63,280 nucleotides of DNA, filler included, from Octopus bimaculoides (GCF_001194135.2; 6 parts of 5 records of this genome joined end to end with filler, not necessarily neighbours in it), one strand, 5' to 3'. Positions 1 through 12,215 are shown, counted from the whole stretch's first letter. Numbers and translations: made by a program. Notes: generated by a model from the letters alone, not told the origin.

Positions 1-1610
1 ATATATACACATACATATATGTTATTACATGTTGAAATTTGAGCGCTGTTGCTTCAAATAACGTGATTTCATTTTGTGTATTTCATTTTGTGATTTCGTT
101 TTGTGTATTCCACGATGTTACATATGTATATGTATATGCATATTACATATATATTTTACATATGTATATGCATATACATTCGGTGTGTGTGTGTGTGGAA
201 TAATTTCACCCGACTACCTCATGAAATACTAGGAAAGAATTACATAAATGGCCAGTTACGCGGTGGGTCATTCAGAAGCGAACAGTAGAAAGACGAAGAT
301 TCTGATGTAAGATCAAGGTGGTCGATATTTTTTTTCTTTCAAATAAAAACAAGTCAGTCGTGATAGATGATAGGCAGCGAATAAAAGTAAAATTATTATG
401 GAAGGTACACTGTATAACAAAAATGTGTTCAGTTAAAATTCTTTAGTGAAACACATTACAACAGCAACAATAGAAATATCACGAGAAAAGTTTGAGAAGT
501 TAAAATACAGTTCTTCTTTATGATAGGAAAAGATTAATATGAATGGAATTCTATATTCTATGCTGGCTAGAGTTCAATGTTCACCAAAATTATCTACAAA
601 ATAGACGTTTTAAACAATTATTTGACCTCTTAGTGTTTGCGAGCGAAAACCACTTTTCATCAAATTGAGTTAAATTGCATCACTAGTAATATGCAAGGAC
701 ATGTGTGCTTCTTTTAGTACGTATGTGACATCCTGTATGTATCTATGAGGCAATATTGTAGTCATTGTGTGTTATTTATTGTGTGTGGGTGTAAGGAAAG
801 TTTCTCAATGTGTATGTAAAATTGTGTATGTTTGTGAGAACGTGTCCTTTACTTTATGTGCGTGTATTATCCTGCGAGCTGGCAGAGTCATTACAGCGCC
901 GGAAATATTGCAGCATTTGTTCAATTTGAGTTCAAATCTTGTTATGGTCAATTTTGTCTTTCATTCTTTCGAGGTTTATAAAATAAATTACTATACAGGG
1001 GTTGATAATATCGTCTAATATCCTCACTTCAAAATTACTGACCTTGTGTCTAAATCAGAAACAGCAGTGTGTTCGTCTATAAAAGGAAGTTTATCGTAGT
1101 GTATGAAAGCACATTTTGTTTTTCATTATGTGTGTTTATGACAGAAAAGTACACCATAGTGTATGTAAACATGTTGCTATTAGTATTTTAATATGTGTGA
1201 CTGTCTATGAATGAAAGTTGATAATGGTGTTCCGAAAACTACATAACTGAACATCATGCAGTAGCTATGCAAATCTAGAACTCTCTTTATCTGTGTGGTT
1301 AGATAATGTGTAGGAGAGAAATAAGAGCAATTCGGAGGGAAATGAAGGAGAGATTCGTATTCACCTTGCATTATGGTAGAGTAAAAAAAGGCCAGTCGCA
1401 ACTGCAAAGATCTTTAATGATCAGTCAAAACTTAGGCTTCTGATAATGTGGATGCGCATGAATTACGATCATCTATTGGTGAAAATTAAATCCAAAGTCT
1501 GTCTAGATATGAGAACAAACCCCGCAATGAAGCGATGTCATGAAAACAAACGCCCATGCAATAGAGTAGAAGCGCGAAGTTAAAATTTTCTATGTGACAT
1601 ATACAGTATC

Positions 1611-1879
1611 TGTTATATGGACTGTTAGATTTGTTTGTTGTTCGTCTGAAGTCCCATATTTCAATATAGTTCGTCTGAGGTCCCTGTTTCGTTGGTGTTT
1701 TGTGTGACTGTCGAGGTTGAATGTTATTGGGATATATATGGCGAGGAAAATCATTCTTGTTTCTTGATAACGAACATTCGGTGAGTGAGTTCTTTGTTTA
1801 TAGTTAATAAATAAATGTGATAACTAAATAGTACAACTCGTTGTGTTTTCTCTGCGAGTCCCCCGAGAGGAATACAACA
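1611..1879 (+). repeat. 5' LTR (269 bp)
   Basis: TGTTATATGG...AATACAACA. Matches 5721-5931 plus 7704-7769 with about 7-8 substitutions by eye. Confidence 0.95.
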
Positions 1880-1887
1880 GAGTTTAG

Positions 1888-1906
1888 TGGCGTCGCCGGT
1901 AGGATT
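1888..1906 (+). promoter_or_regulatory. Primer binding site complementary to a tRNA 3' end (probably tRNA-Ser type)
   Basis: TGGCGTCGCCGGTAGGATT reverse-complements to AATCCTACCGGCGACG-CCA, which reads as T-arm end plus acceptor stem plus CCA. The tRNA identity is an inference. Confidence 0.8.
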
Positions 1907-1945
1907 ATATGCATACTTTGCCGTAAAATTGTTCATCTTAATAAC

Positions 1946-3188
1946 ATGGCAGAAAAACAGACAGTAGAGCTGATAAAGTTGTTTAGGGAACAAATGGAAC
2001 AGCAAATGCAGCAACATAAGAGGGATATGGACACTCTGTTAAAACTGTTTGGTGCCCGACAAGTTGAAGGCGATTCCAGTGGCTATTTTTCAGCTGCTTC
2101 GACAACAGTGTCGATTCCACCATTTGCTGCATTTGATTCAACGACAGAACTATGGCCTGATTACTGGTCAAGATTCCGCACGTTTGTGGCTGCTAATGCT
2201 GTACCTGAACAATGCATGGCACAAGTGTTCCTGATCAATCAGACCGCTACTATTTACAAGCAACTTGCTAATCTAGCTACTCAACAAAATCCGCCTAAAG
2301 ATATCAACAACTTGACAATGGATGAAATCGTTGACTTCATGAAGGAACAGCTCGACCCAAAACTTTTCATTGTGAGAGAGCGTTTCAAGTTTTGGAGTGA
2401 TATGCAACGGAAGCCAGGCGAAACTCTCCAGGAGCTGGCAGCACATATACGTCAGGATGCGGCTACCTGTGATTTTCCATCGATTACCAACCCACAGGAT
2501 GAAGCTCTGAGACAGAGATTCATATGTCCGGTCAACAATGAAGCGGTTCTGAAGGAGCTTTTTAAGATCAAAGACACAGAACTAGATTTTGCCCGTGCTG
2601 CCCAAGTTGCCATCGAGACTGAAGACGCAGCAAAGGTTGCAAAAGAAACTGTTTACGGTTCCAAAACCAAGCAGGTCTACAAGGTCCAACAGAACAAGAA
2701 TAAGAGTCCTCAAAAGAACCATCAGCAGCCTTATTCCACAGACCAGGAGAAATGCTACCGATGTGGAAAGGCCCACAAAGCGACAGACTGTCCTTTCAAA
2801 GAAACCAAATGTCATTTTTGTGACAAAAAGGGACATTTGCAAGCGGTGTGTAGAAAAAAACATCAGCAACGCAATAGCCACTCACAAACTCCCGTTAAAA
2901 GAATCACAAAAGCTGAGCTAGTCAAGGCGGTCCTAGGCGAAGTTTCCCAAGATACTCATAGTTTGATTGTGCCAATAACAATCCAGAACAGACTATTCAC
3001 AATGGAATTGGACACTGCCACTACAGGCAATNNNNNNNNNNTATTCACAATGGAATTGGACACTGCCACTACAGGCAATTTTGTTTCCTTGTCAGTCTGG
3101 AAACAACTAGGAAAACCAAAGCTGCAACATGTCAAGCCTCGCTATGAATCTGCCAGCAAGCACGACCTGCCTGTTCTGGGAACTTTCA
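1946..3188 (+). pseudogene. Gypsy gag (two zinc knuckles) plus aspartic protease, interrupted by gaps
   Basis: ORF from MAEKQ; CYRCGKAHKATDC and CHFCDKKGHLQAVC knuckles; protease-like MELDTATTG. Confidence 0.85.
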
Positions 3189-3199
3189 NNNNNNNNNNG

Positions 3200-5189
3200 A
3201 ATTAATGACCAACTTGCAGATCACCGTCATCCAATGCCACTCCCTGTTAAACTGATGCAGAAACTTGGAGGTGGATTCAGATATACAAAGATTAACCTTG
3301 CTGATGCCTATAATCAGATCAAGCTGGCTCCAGAAAGTCAACGCAGACTCGCACTCAGCACTCACCGTGGAGTACTCCTGCAGCAACGACACCCTTTCGG
3401 AATTAAGTCAGCACCTGGTTACTTTCAGGAGATCATGGAAAACCTGACCCATGATCTACCTGGAGTGGCCGTCTTCCAGGACGACATGCTCGTCAGTGGG
3501 AAAGATGCAAACAGTCACCTAAACAACCTAAAGTGTCTGCTCACACATCTAAGCAACAATGGACTCAGATGTCGCCGTGAAAAGTGCCAGCTTGCACTAC
3601 CCAGTGTAGAATACCTTGGACACATTTTGTCGGCTGAAGGGATCACGAAGGGATCCAAGGTCGAAGCAGTCTTAAAGATGTCACCTCCAACGAACAACTC
3701 GAGCTTGAAATCTTTCCTGGGTTCAGTTCAGTTTTATGGAAATTTTATCCCAAACCTAGCCAGTATAGCAGAGCCACTCTATTGCCTTACGAAAAAGTCA
3801 ACTATTTGGAAATGGGGAGATGAGGAACAGTCAGTTTTTGATCATTGAAAAATGTACTTTCATCGAGTCAAGTTCTGATACACTTCGATCCAAACAAAAC
3901 TTTGGGACTGGCTTGCGATGCATCAAACGTTGGCATTGGAGCAATCCTGTTTCACTGCTATCCTGATGGAAGCGAGCGCCCAATATCCAATATGTCCAAG
4001 ACTCTCACTTCTGCACAGCGTAACTACAGCCAAATTCAAAAGGAAGCCCTGGCTATCATATTTGGCTTGCAGAAGTTTTACCAGTATTTGTACGGTCGTA
4101 AATTTGTACTCGTGACTGACCACAAGCCACTGACATCACTGTTCAGTCCGAGGAAAGGGACGCCACTTCTCGCTGCTAACAGGCTAGCACGGTGGGCCCT
4201 GTGGCTGAACGAGTTTGACTACACCATTGAATATCGGAAATCAGCAGATCATGGCAATGCTGATGCCCTCAGTCACTTGCCATTCGGTGATAACAACGAT
4301 TTTAACAGAAAGGAAAATGGTGAAGACAGACATGGTGTGTGCCATCAAAGCTCTCAGCATTCAAGTCCAACCTGTGGATGCTAATGTCCTCCATCAAGAG
4401 TCAGGGAAATATCCAGTGATATCTACAGTGATGCGCTACGTCTGTGAAGGCTGGCCACCAAAGAACATGGAGATCAATGACGAAGTCAACAAGTTCCGTA
4501 AGTTATCAAACTCACTCAGTATCTGTCATGGATGCCTTATGCATGGATCTAGAGTTGTGATTCCACATAGCTTGCAGCCAAAGATCCTCAATCTTCTGCA
4601 TCTTGGACACTTTGGCATGGAACGCATGAAACAACTAGCAAGAACTGCTGTTTATTGGCCTGGTATCGATGCTGCTTTAGAGATAGCCAGTCGACGATGT
4701 GATTCGTGAAATGAACATCAAAGGAAGCCATCTAAGCCTCCAGTTCACCCATGGATGTTACCAGAAAAGCCGTGGAGCCGCTTACACCTGGACCACGCAA
4801 TAAATTTTAAGGGTAGAGATTGGCTGGTGATCAGAGATGTTTATTCCAAGTACCCATGCATTCATCCTACTTCTTCCACATCCTCCAAAGCTACTTTAAA
4901 TCTTCTTGAGGAAGACTTTGCGCACTTCGGATTTCCTCACACACTGGTCACCGATAACGCACCAACTTTTACGTCTGAGGAGTTCCAGAGCTGGTCCAAA
5001 GAACGTGGGATCACACACCTGACAGGGGCACCTTACCACCCAGCTACCAACGGAGCAGCAGAACGTTTGGTGCAGACCTTCAAACAAGCTCTGAGGAAGT
5101 CTTCTCTTCCGCCGACACGAGCACTTCAAGAGTTCTTGATGCAGTACCGGAGAACACCGATATCCTGTGGATTCTCTCCAAGTGAACTT
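3200..5189 (+). pseudogene. Gypsy pol remnant: RT, RNase H and integrase, with stops and frameshifts
   Basis: RT motifs INLADAYNQI, PFGIKSAPGYFQ and VFQDDMLV; RNase H motifs LACDASNVGIGA, YSQIQKEALAI and TDHKPL; integrase motifs HLGHFG, PWSRLHLD, TDNAPTF and AERLVQTFK. Confidence 0.92.
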
Positions 5190-5709
5190 NNNNNNNNNNN
5201 NNNNNNNNNNNNNNNNNNNNNNNNNNNNNNNNNNNNNNNNNNNNNNNNNNNNNNNNNNNNNNNNNNNNNNNNNNNNNNNNNNNNNNNNNNNNNNNNNNNN
5301 NNNNNNNNNNNNNNNNNNNNNNNNNNNNNNNNNNNNNNNNNNNNNNNNNNNNNNNNNNNNNNNNNNNNNNNNNNNNNNNNNNNNNNNNNNNNNNNNNNNN
5401 NNNNNNNNNNNNNNNNNNNNNNNNNNNNNNNNNNNNNNNNNNNNNNNNNNNNNNNNNNNNNNNNNNNNNNNNNNNNNNNNNNNNNCTGAGGAAGACAATG
5501 AACCTGGTGATGCAGAAGACACTGTATTTGAATTTGCAACAGATCACCCGATGGAGATCTCGGAAACTGCCACTAACTCAAAGACAAACCAGACCCAAGA
5601 CCATGTTACCCGTTCCAGAGTATGGACCAGACAACCCAAGACGGTCCAAGAGAACCCGTAAAACCCAAGAGAGACTTTGCTGTTGATACTTCTTGTGTAG
5701 CATCAATTT

Positions 5710-5720
5710 CAGTGGGGAGG
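5710..5720 (+). promoter_or_regulatory. Polypurine tract of the Gypsy element
   Basis: (C)AGTGGGGAGG immediately before the TGTTATATGG start of the 3' LTR; repeated at about 6576-6585 in the duplicated contig. Confidence 0.8.
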
Positions 5721-5931
5721 TGTTATATGGACTGTTAGATTTGTTTGTGGTTCGTCTGAAGTCCCATATTTCAATATAGTTCATCTGAGGTCCCTGTTTC
5801 GTTGTTGTTTTGTGTGACTGTCGAGGTCGAATGTTATTGGGTTATATATGGCGAGGAAAAACATTCTTGTTTCTTGATAACGAACATTCGGTGAGTGAGT
5901 TCTTTGTTTATAGTTAATAAATAATTGTGAT
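5721..5931 (+). repeat. 3' LTR, left part (interrupted by a MITE)
   Basis: Aligns to 5' LTR positions 1-211. Adding the right part (7704-7769) and subtracting the 8-bp TSD gives 269 bp. Confidence 0.9.
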
Positions 5932-7703
5932 GGATCTTTGTGATTTGACGGGCAACATTTGTTTTCATAACGAAACACTTTCAAACTTGGGACACTGGTA
6001 GAATGTGTNNNNNNNNNNCAAGTGAACTTTTGAATCACCGGCAGATACGAACAAGGATTGATTCTCTACTGCCATCGCCAGCACACATTGCTCAAGCCAA
6101 ACAGTCTAAGGAAGCATATAAGTCTCAGATGACTCCGGGCTCGGCTGATGTCGCTAAAGTTACTGGGCAGTACAAGGCCAGAGATCCTGTGTATGCACTA
6201 TACTATGGACCTCGCAGAGAGACAAAGATCCCCGATGGGTACCAGCAATTATTAAGAAGTCATTGGGTACTCTCTGCTTTAACGTCAAGGTCATACCTCA
6301 TGGCCCGATGTGGAGACGACACTGGGAACAGCTGCGATCGCGGTACACAACTGAGGAAGACAATGAACCTGGTGATGCAGAAGACACTGTATTTGAATTT
6401 GCAACAGATCACCCGATGGAGATCTCGGAAACTGCCACTAACTCAAAGACAAACCAGACCCAAGACCATGTTACCCGTTCCAGAGTATGGACCAGACAAC
6501 CCAAGACGGTCCAAGAGAACCCGTAAAACCCAAGAGAGACTTTGCTGTTGATACTTCTTGTGTAGCATCAATTTCAGTGGGGAGGTGTTATATGGACTGT
6601 TAGATNNNNNNNNNNNNNNNNNNNNNNNNNNNNNNNNNNNNNNNNNNNNNNNNNNNNNNNNNNNNNNNNNNNNNNNNNNNNNNNNNNNNNNNNNNNNNNN
6701 NNNNNNNNNNNNNNNNNNNNNNNNNNNNNNNNNNNNNNNNNNNNNNNNNNNNNNNNNNNNNNNNNNNNNNNNNNNNNNNNNNNNNNNNNNNNNNNNNNNN
6801 NNNNNNNNNNNNNNNNNNNNNNNNNNNNNNNNNNNNNNNNNNNNNNNNNNNNNNNNNNNNNNNNNNNNNNNNNNNNNNNNNNNNNNNNNNNNNNNNNNNN
6901 NNNNNNNNNNNNNNNNNNNNNNNNNNNNNNNNNNNNNNNNNNNNNNNNNNNNNNNNNNNNNNNNNNNNNNNNNNNNNNNNNNNNNNNNNNNNNNNNNNNN
7001 NNNNNNNNNNNNNNNNNNNNNNNNNNNNNNNNNNNNNNNNNNNNNNNNNNNNNNNNNNNNNNNNNNNNNNNNNNNNNNNNNNNNNNNNNNNNNNNNNNNN
7101 NNNNNNNNNNNNNNNNNNNNNNNNNNNNNNNNNNNNNNNNNNNNNNNNNNNNNNNNNNNNNNNNNNNNNTGCCGTATTTCTGTAATTTCAACCAATCACT
7201 GACGTCTATTCAGCTGAATACAGTCAGTGCTGGCCGGTGATAAAAATGTTATTCCCTGTGACATATTTCATCCGGTTTAATCGTAATTTATACGCATATA
7301 TTGTTTATATAATAAATTATGCTAACCCTAACCCTAACCCTAACCCAAACCCTAACCCTAACCCTAACCCCAACCCTAACCCTAACTCTAAAACCCGAAC
7401 CCTAACCCTATTTTGATGGCTTTTCCCCCTTTGTTTACGAACAGTCTAGTTAATCGGAAATGTCAGAACTAACGGGGATTAATACCATATACACCGTTAC
7501 AGCACTTACTGTTTTCAACTGAATAGACGTCAGTGATTAGTTGAAATTATCGAAATAAGACAATTTTTAACGTGAAATAACTTCGAATACAAAATTTATT
7601 ATCTGTTCTATACCACAAAATATACAAGTATACGAAGTTTGAAAGTGTTTCGGTACCAAAACACTACATTAAAAAAATGTTGCCCGTCAAATCACAAGGG
7701 TCC
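5932..7703. mobile_element. Non-autonomous DNA transposon (Merlin-like MITE) inserted in the 3' LTR; interior mis-assembled
   Basis: TIRs GGATCTTTGTGATTTGACGGGCAACATTT (5932) and AAATGTTGCCCGTCAAATCACAAGGGTCC (ends 7703); 8-bp TSD attgtgat/aatgtgat; nested internal inverted repeats. Superfamily inferred from GG ends plus the 8-bp TSD. Confidence 0.8.
7325..7411 (+). repeat. Interstitial telomere-like (CCCTAA)n array inside the MITE
   Basis: About 14 mostly perfect AACCCT units. Confidence 0.9.
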
Positions 7704-7769
7704 AATGTGATAACTAAATAGTACAACTGGTTGTGTTTTCTCTGCGAGTCCCCCGAGAGGAATACAACA
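7704..7769 (+). repeat. 3' LTR, right part
   Basis: Matches the last 66 bp of the 5' LTR, ends AATACAACA and is followed by the TSD GTATC. Confidence 0.9.
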
Positions 7770-7796
7770 GTATCAGAAACAAAGGCAAGTCGTCTG

Positions 7797-7895
7797 ATAC
7801 ATACATACATGCATACATACATACCTACATACATACATACATACATACATACATACATACATACATACATACGTACGTACGTACGTACGTACGTA
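7797..7895. repeat. (ACAT)n/(ACGT)n microsatellite
   Basis: Direct reading of the sequence. Confidence 0.95.
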
Positions 7896-8396
7896 AGAGC
7901 AGACAAATATTTTAAGAACTTAAGTAAAACTCAATGAAAAACATACGTGCAGATATATATTAGGTAACGGTCCAGAATAAGCATCGCGGTGTCCTGAACA
8001 AACGACAAAATAACATGATAACTGAATACCATGCCGTTAATGATCACAGTCTTAATCTAATACACATTACATTCTAAATGTAGCAAGCAGAAATTTTTAG
8101 AGGTCCATTGCTGATTTTAAAAATATGTTTGGCTGGAAGTATTATATTCATTTGAAATTAAATAATATTCTATATTTAGAATTTTACGTATCTAAAGCTA
8201 TTTTACAGAATGAAATGCATATTAGAAAATTATTCTATGAAAAGTAGTTTTGATAAAATGTCGTCTCGAAAAAAAGTAGATCGATGAAAATAGATTTAAA
8301 AACATTTTTTACAAGGCGCTACGTAAAAATTATTTCAATAAACTTTTCCCCAATAAACAGTCTGTTAACGAAAATCCATGGTATGTGTGTGCGTGA

Positions 8397-8433
<37 letters not shown>

Positions 8434-8584
8434 CACGTGCGCGTGTATGGATACACATACGTATGCTCATTAGCTATCCATCTATCTATCTATCTATAAT
8501 ATTATGATATATATATANNNNNNNNNNNNNNNNNNNNNNNNNNNNNNNNNNNNNNNNNNNNNNNNNNNNNNNNNNNNNNNNNNN

Positions 8585-8650
<66 letters not shown>

Positions 8651-8714
8651 AAGCCGCCCCATACTATGATGTTGCAACTTCAAGAACAGCATAAACTACA
8701 TTGAAATAAATACA

Positions 8715-9420
8715 AATAAATCATGAAGACGCAAACAGAGAAAAATCTTATGGTTTAATCCACCTTATAGCATGATTGTAGTCACTAACATAGCAAGGAA
8801 ATTCTTAAAATTAATAGACAAGCACTGCCCACATTCACACAAATAGCACAAGAGACTCTGTTAAAATCAACTATAGTTACCTCCACAATTTATGGTCAAT
8901 AATACTTAACCACAATAAAGCTAAAAACACCAAAGATACCTTGCGAAAGACAATGCAACTTAAGCTCCCCAAATCGCTGCCCTCTGAACAACAACTGTCT
9001 CGAAAAAGAACTTGCATATGAGGCTAAAATAACAGATCCCAACGGAGTATATCGGAATGACGGGCAACTCATTCAATGAAAGATACACACAACACCTGGT
9101 ATCATTCAGAGGCAAAAATAAAATAAAAAACATGCAACATCCCTATCCAATATATGGATACTAAAAGAAGTTGGAATAAGTAATCCCCAGATATAATGGA
9201 GCATCATTACTAAATTCAGAAAATACAGAGGATGGGGTACCAAATGGGAACTCTGTATTACTGAAGAACTAAATATCATACAGTCAGCAGATAGCATCCT
9301 AAATATTAGGGATGAGTTCCTCTCTCCATTCATATACAAGAAAATTTCACACTTAATCACTTCAAAGAGGAACCATCACCTGCGCCCTGACCGTGAACTC
9401 TGAATATACATAACACGCGA
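8715..9420 (+). mobile_element. Penelope-like element, C-terminal linker plus GIY-YIG endonuclease remnant
   Basis: Translates in pieces to RKILWFNPPYS, YEAKIT, YIGMTGNSFNERYTQHLVSF and a degenerate KHATSLS..IWILK...WSII. Confidence 0.85.
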
Positions 9421-10129
9421 ACTCCGCACACAGAAAAAATATGCCCCCATGACGAACTACCTCAGCACACAAGCATAGGAACATCACATACACTCAAAAT
9501 ATAAGATAATGTAAGCAAATTTATCATCCAACATGACTGTTTTGCCCTAAAGTCAAATGCAATGGATATAACCACTGAAAAAGATATCATCCAAGAGTAG
9601 CACCCCTTGATTTATTGTTTTCTTTACGAGAATCTCCGCTAATTCAACGAGACTTTGTGCTTTTATCCAAAATGGAGACGAACACATTTCCTCCGTGTGA
9701 TCGGCTTGAAAAATTAAGATATTAAGTTATTTATCTATTTTTCTTAACACGAAACCAATGGTAACCTTAATACACAAATAAAAGAATCTATCTATCTATC
9801 TATTTATCTATCTATCTATCAAAACTCACATAATTACAACTCTAGTCATACGAACACGCAACACACATACAGTTCCAGCACATATACCCTTACATTAGAC
9901 CACAACCACAACCCAACCCATCCTACTGGCACTGCCCGGAACACCACCACAATCTCTACCACCCTTATAAATAGTACAATTAATAATAAGAGTAGTAATA
10001 ATAACAATGATGGTAATGATAACGTTAATAATACTAATAATCTAGAATCTGCTATACACTACTATAACCTCTCCTCTGACGATATTACCTCCTTTATTCC
10101 TGAACACATTCCCCAAAATTCACCTAATT

Positions 10130-10906
10130 GTAATTGCTGTCCTGGAACCATCTGCCCGTTACAAACCCATTGCAGAAGATATAATGTAATTTACAAATGC
10201 ACAGTCCTTAATCTATTACACAACGCTACAGCCATATACATAGGATCAACCAAAACTTTTTAAGCAATGATATGCCGCTCACCTCCATTCTTTTAGATAC
10301 CATAAACATAGTAAATCTACAACACTCGCCAACCACATACCTCATCTCAAAAATACAAATATAGCCAATACTTTATCATGGGCCATACTGGATTCAGGTC
10401 TTCCCTACCGAGGTCAATGCTTAACCTGCAAGCCTTGCTTAAAGGAGGCACTTCACATATAGAAGCACGACTCTCCAGCACTGCTAAATAGACATAATGA
10501 AGCACTAAGCACATGCAACCACCGCTTTTTTACACATTCAAATTCTACTACAAATCCAAATGCCTAAACGACCATACAGTATATTTCCACAGTACCCCTT
10601 AGGTAATCCCAATAACCTTATAAATCTACGTTTTAACTCCTAATCCCTATCTAATTCCTCTCTCTCATACTCGCATATCACAACCATCTAATTATATTCG
10701 TGTGTATATGCGTGCATGCATATGTGCGTGTGTATGTATGTGTGTGTGCATGTGTGAATGTATGTATGTATGCAAGGTATATATACCTGCGTGTGCAGGG
10801 GCGATAATACATACAGATACACGTATCTATGGATGTGCATGTGTACATATACATATGAGTGCGATATATAGATATAGATATTATATATAGATATTGATAT
10901 GTATAA

Positions 10907-10953
<47 letters not shown>

Positions 10954-11720
10954 TGTTTAATATATGCATCTGTATACATCTTTACATATATATTTTCTCC
11001 TACTACTAAGCACTAACATGTCCAACCAACCTAATCTATATTTCTAAATTCTCCATTCCCCCATATTACTACCCCTCTCTCTGCCCCATCACTTAGACTA
11101 TCACTACCTTTACCTTTAACACTATTATTCCTCTCTAGGACTATCACCCTCATTTCCCCATTCCTACTTTCAAGTTATCTTGACTGACCACTAACTGGTA
11201 CACATTCCCTGTCTTCATCTCTTTATTATCTATCTCCTTGTTTTTCTTTTTTTCCTTTTTCCTTTCTTTTCTTTATTCCTCTCTTCCTCTTTTTTTTCCC
11301 CTCTTTTCTTTATTCCTCTCTTCCTGTTTTCGATTTGACCTTACAAATACATTCCCTACTTTTAGGTCACTTTAAATAAAACCTTCGATTCAAAAGCACT
11401 GTGTACAAACTCTATACATGGAATGACCGATTTTAAATACTATTGGAATTTACTCACAAGGTATTGGAATCTTATATGTATACCATTCTGCCTAAATAAT
11501 GGAACTGAAGATACAATATCCCTGCATATCTTACATCTATTTTCATTCCTCCACTTCACTCTTTATTTCATATCTTATCTAAATTAACTATTGCTTAACC
11601 AATTTCTCACACCGTCTCCGATGAAGGGATATAATTAAATATCCTGGAAATAGCTGTAAGACCTTCTATTTATAAATGTTCTAAAATTTTCACAGCCTTC
11701 GTTTTTTATCTCAGTCTCAA
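10130..11720 (+). mobile_element. Second Penelope-like 3' fragment (GIY-YIG plus a pyrimidine-rich pLTR-like tail)
   Basis: CPLQTHCRRYNVIYKCTV, YIGSTK, YAAHLHSFRY, WAILDSG and C..CLKEA, followed by a non-coding tail containing a hammerhead motif. Confidence 0.7.
11614..11662 (+). ncRNA. Minimal type I hammerhead ribozyme-like motif (core variant CCGAUGA)
   Basis: GTCT-CCGATGA-AGGGATAT(AATTAA)ATATCCT-G-GAAA-T-AGCT-G-TA-AGAC: stem I gtct/agac, stem II, palindromic AGCT stem III, GUA cleavage triplet. It lies in a Penelope tail, where such motifs are known. Confidence 0.65.
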
Positions 11721-11859
11721 AATTTTTTTTTATATATATACACATGCTGATATATGACCTACGTTGGAGTCCTTATTTGTATAATCACCGAACCTGGAGC
11801 TTAATTATGGTCTGTCCATAGCACTTACTCAGCATTTTCTGACACCTTTGGGTCTTATT

Positions 11860-11970
11860 GAGATTCAGCGTGACACAGAGTGTGACAAGGCTGGCCCTTT
11901 GAAATACAGGTACAACAGAAACAGGATGAAAGAGTGAGAGAAAGTTGTGGTGAAAGAGTACAGCAGGGTA
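11860..11970 (+). mobile_element. SINE-like repeat fragment (family D)
   Basis: ATTCAGCGTGACACAG..GTGACAAGGCTG.CCCTTTGAA is shared with 28895-29183. Confidence 0.6.
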
Positions 11971-12070
11971 TATATTAGGTAGAGCTGAAAGTTGTGAGGA
12001 AAGACAAACATTTAGGTAATTTCCTTGTCATGTATTGTCTAATCGTTTGTCTTTCCCCTCACCACATTAT

Positions 12071-12115
<45 letters not shown>

Positions 12116-12215
12116 NNNNNNNNNNNNNNNNNNNNNNNNNNNNNNNNNNNNNNNNNNNNTTAATTAATTAANNNNNNNNNNNNNNNNNNNNNNNNNNNNN
12201 NNNNNNNNNNNNNNN
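12116..12215. other. Artificial 100-bp join spacer N44-TTAATTAATTAA-N44
   Basis: Identical layout at 24068-24167, 31827-31926, 49148-49247 and 58736-58835; the 12-mer has stop codons in all six frames. Confidence 0.9.

Larger units (their letters stand above)
1611..7769 (+). mobile_element. Ty3/Gypsy LTR retrotransposon, degenerate but with intact boundaries
   Basis: TG...CA LTRs at both ends; GTATC TSD at 1606-1610 and 7770-7774; PBS after the 5' LTR and PPT before the 3' LTR; domain order gag-PR-RT-RNaseH-IN. Confidence 0.95.

Noticed and set aside
2992-3080. Direct repeat of TATTCACAATGGAATTGGACACTGCCACTACAGGCAAT across a 10-N gap (similar case at 37790-37910)
   Set aside because: Unmerged contig overlap artefact, not a biological duplication.
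5486-6605. Apparent tandem duplication of the integrase tail, PPT and LTR start (5486-5735 versus 6351-6605)
   Set aside because: Near-identical copies bounded by gaps; 6019-6350 is about the size of the 296-N gap at 5190-5485 and begins with the same AAGTGAACTT, so it is best explained as a misplaced contig.
7325-7411. True telomere or chromosome-fusion scar
   Set aside because: The array is short, single-orientation and lies inside a TSD-flanked MITE; a second copy has it at the same position.
12160-12171. Recurrent TTAATTAATTAA palindrome
   Set aside because: Always centred in exactly 44+44 Ns; a synthetic spacer rather than a genomic motif.
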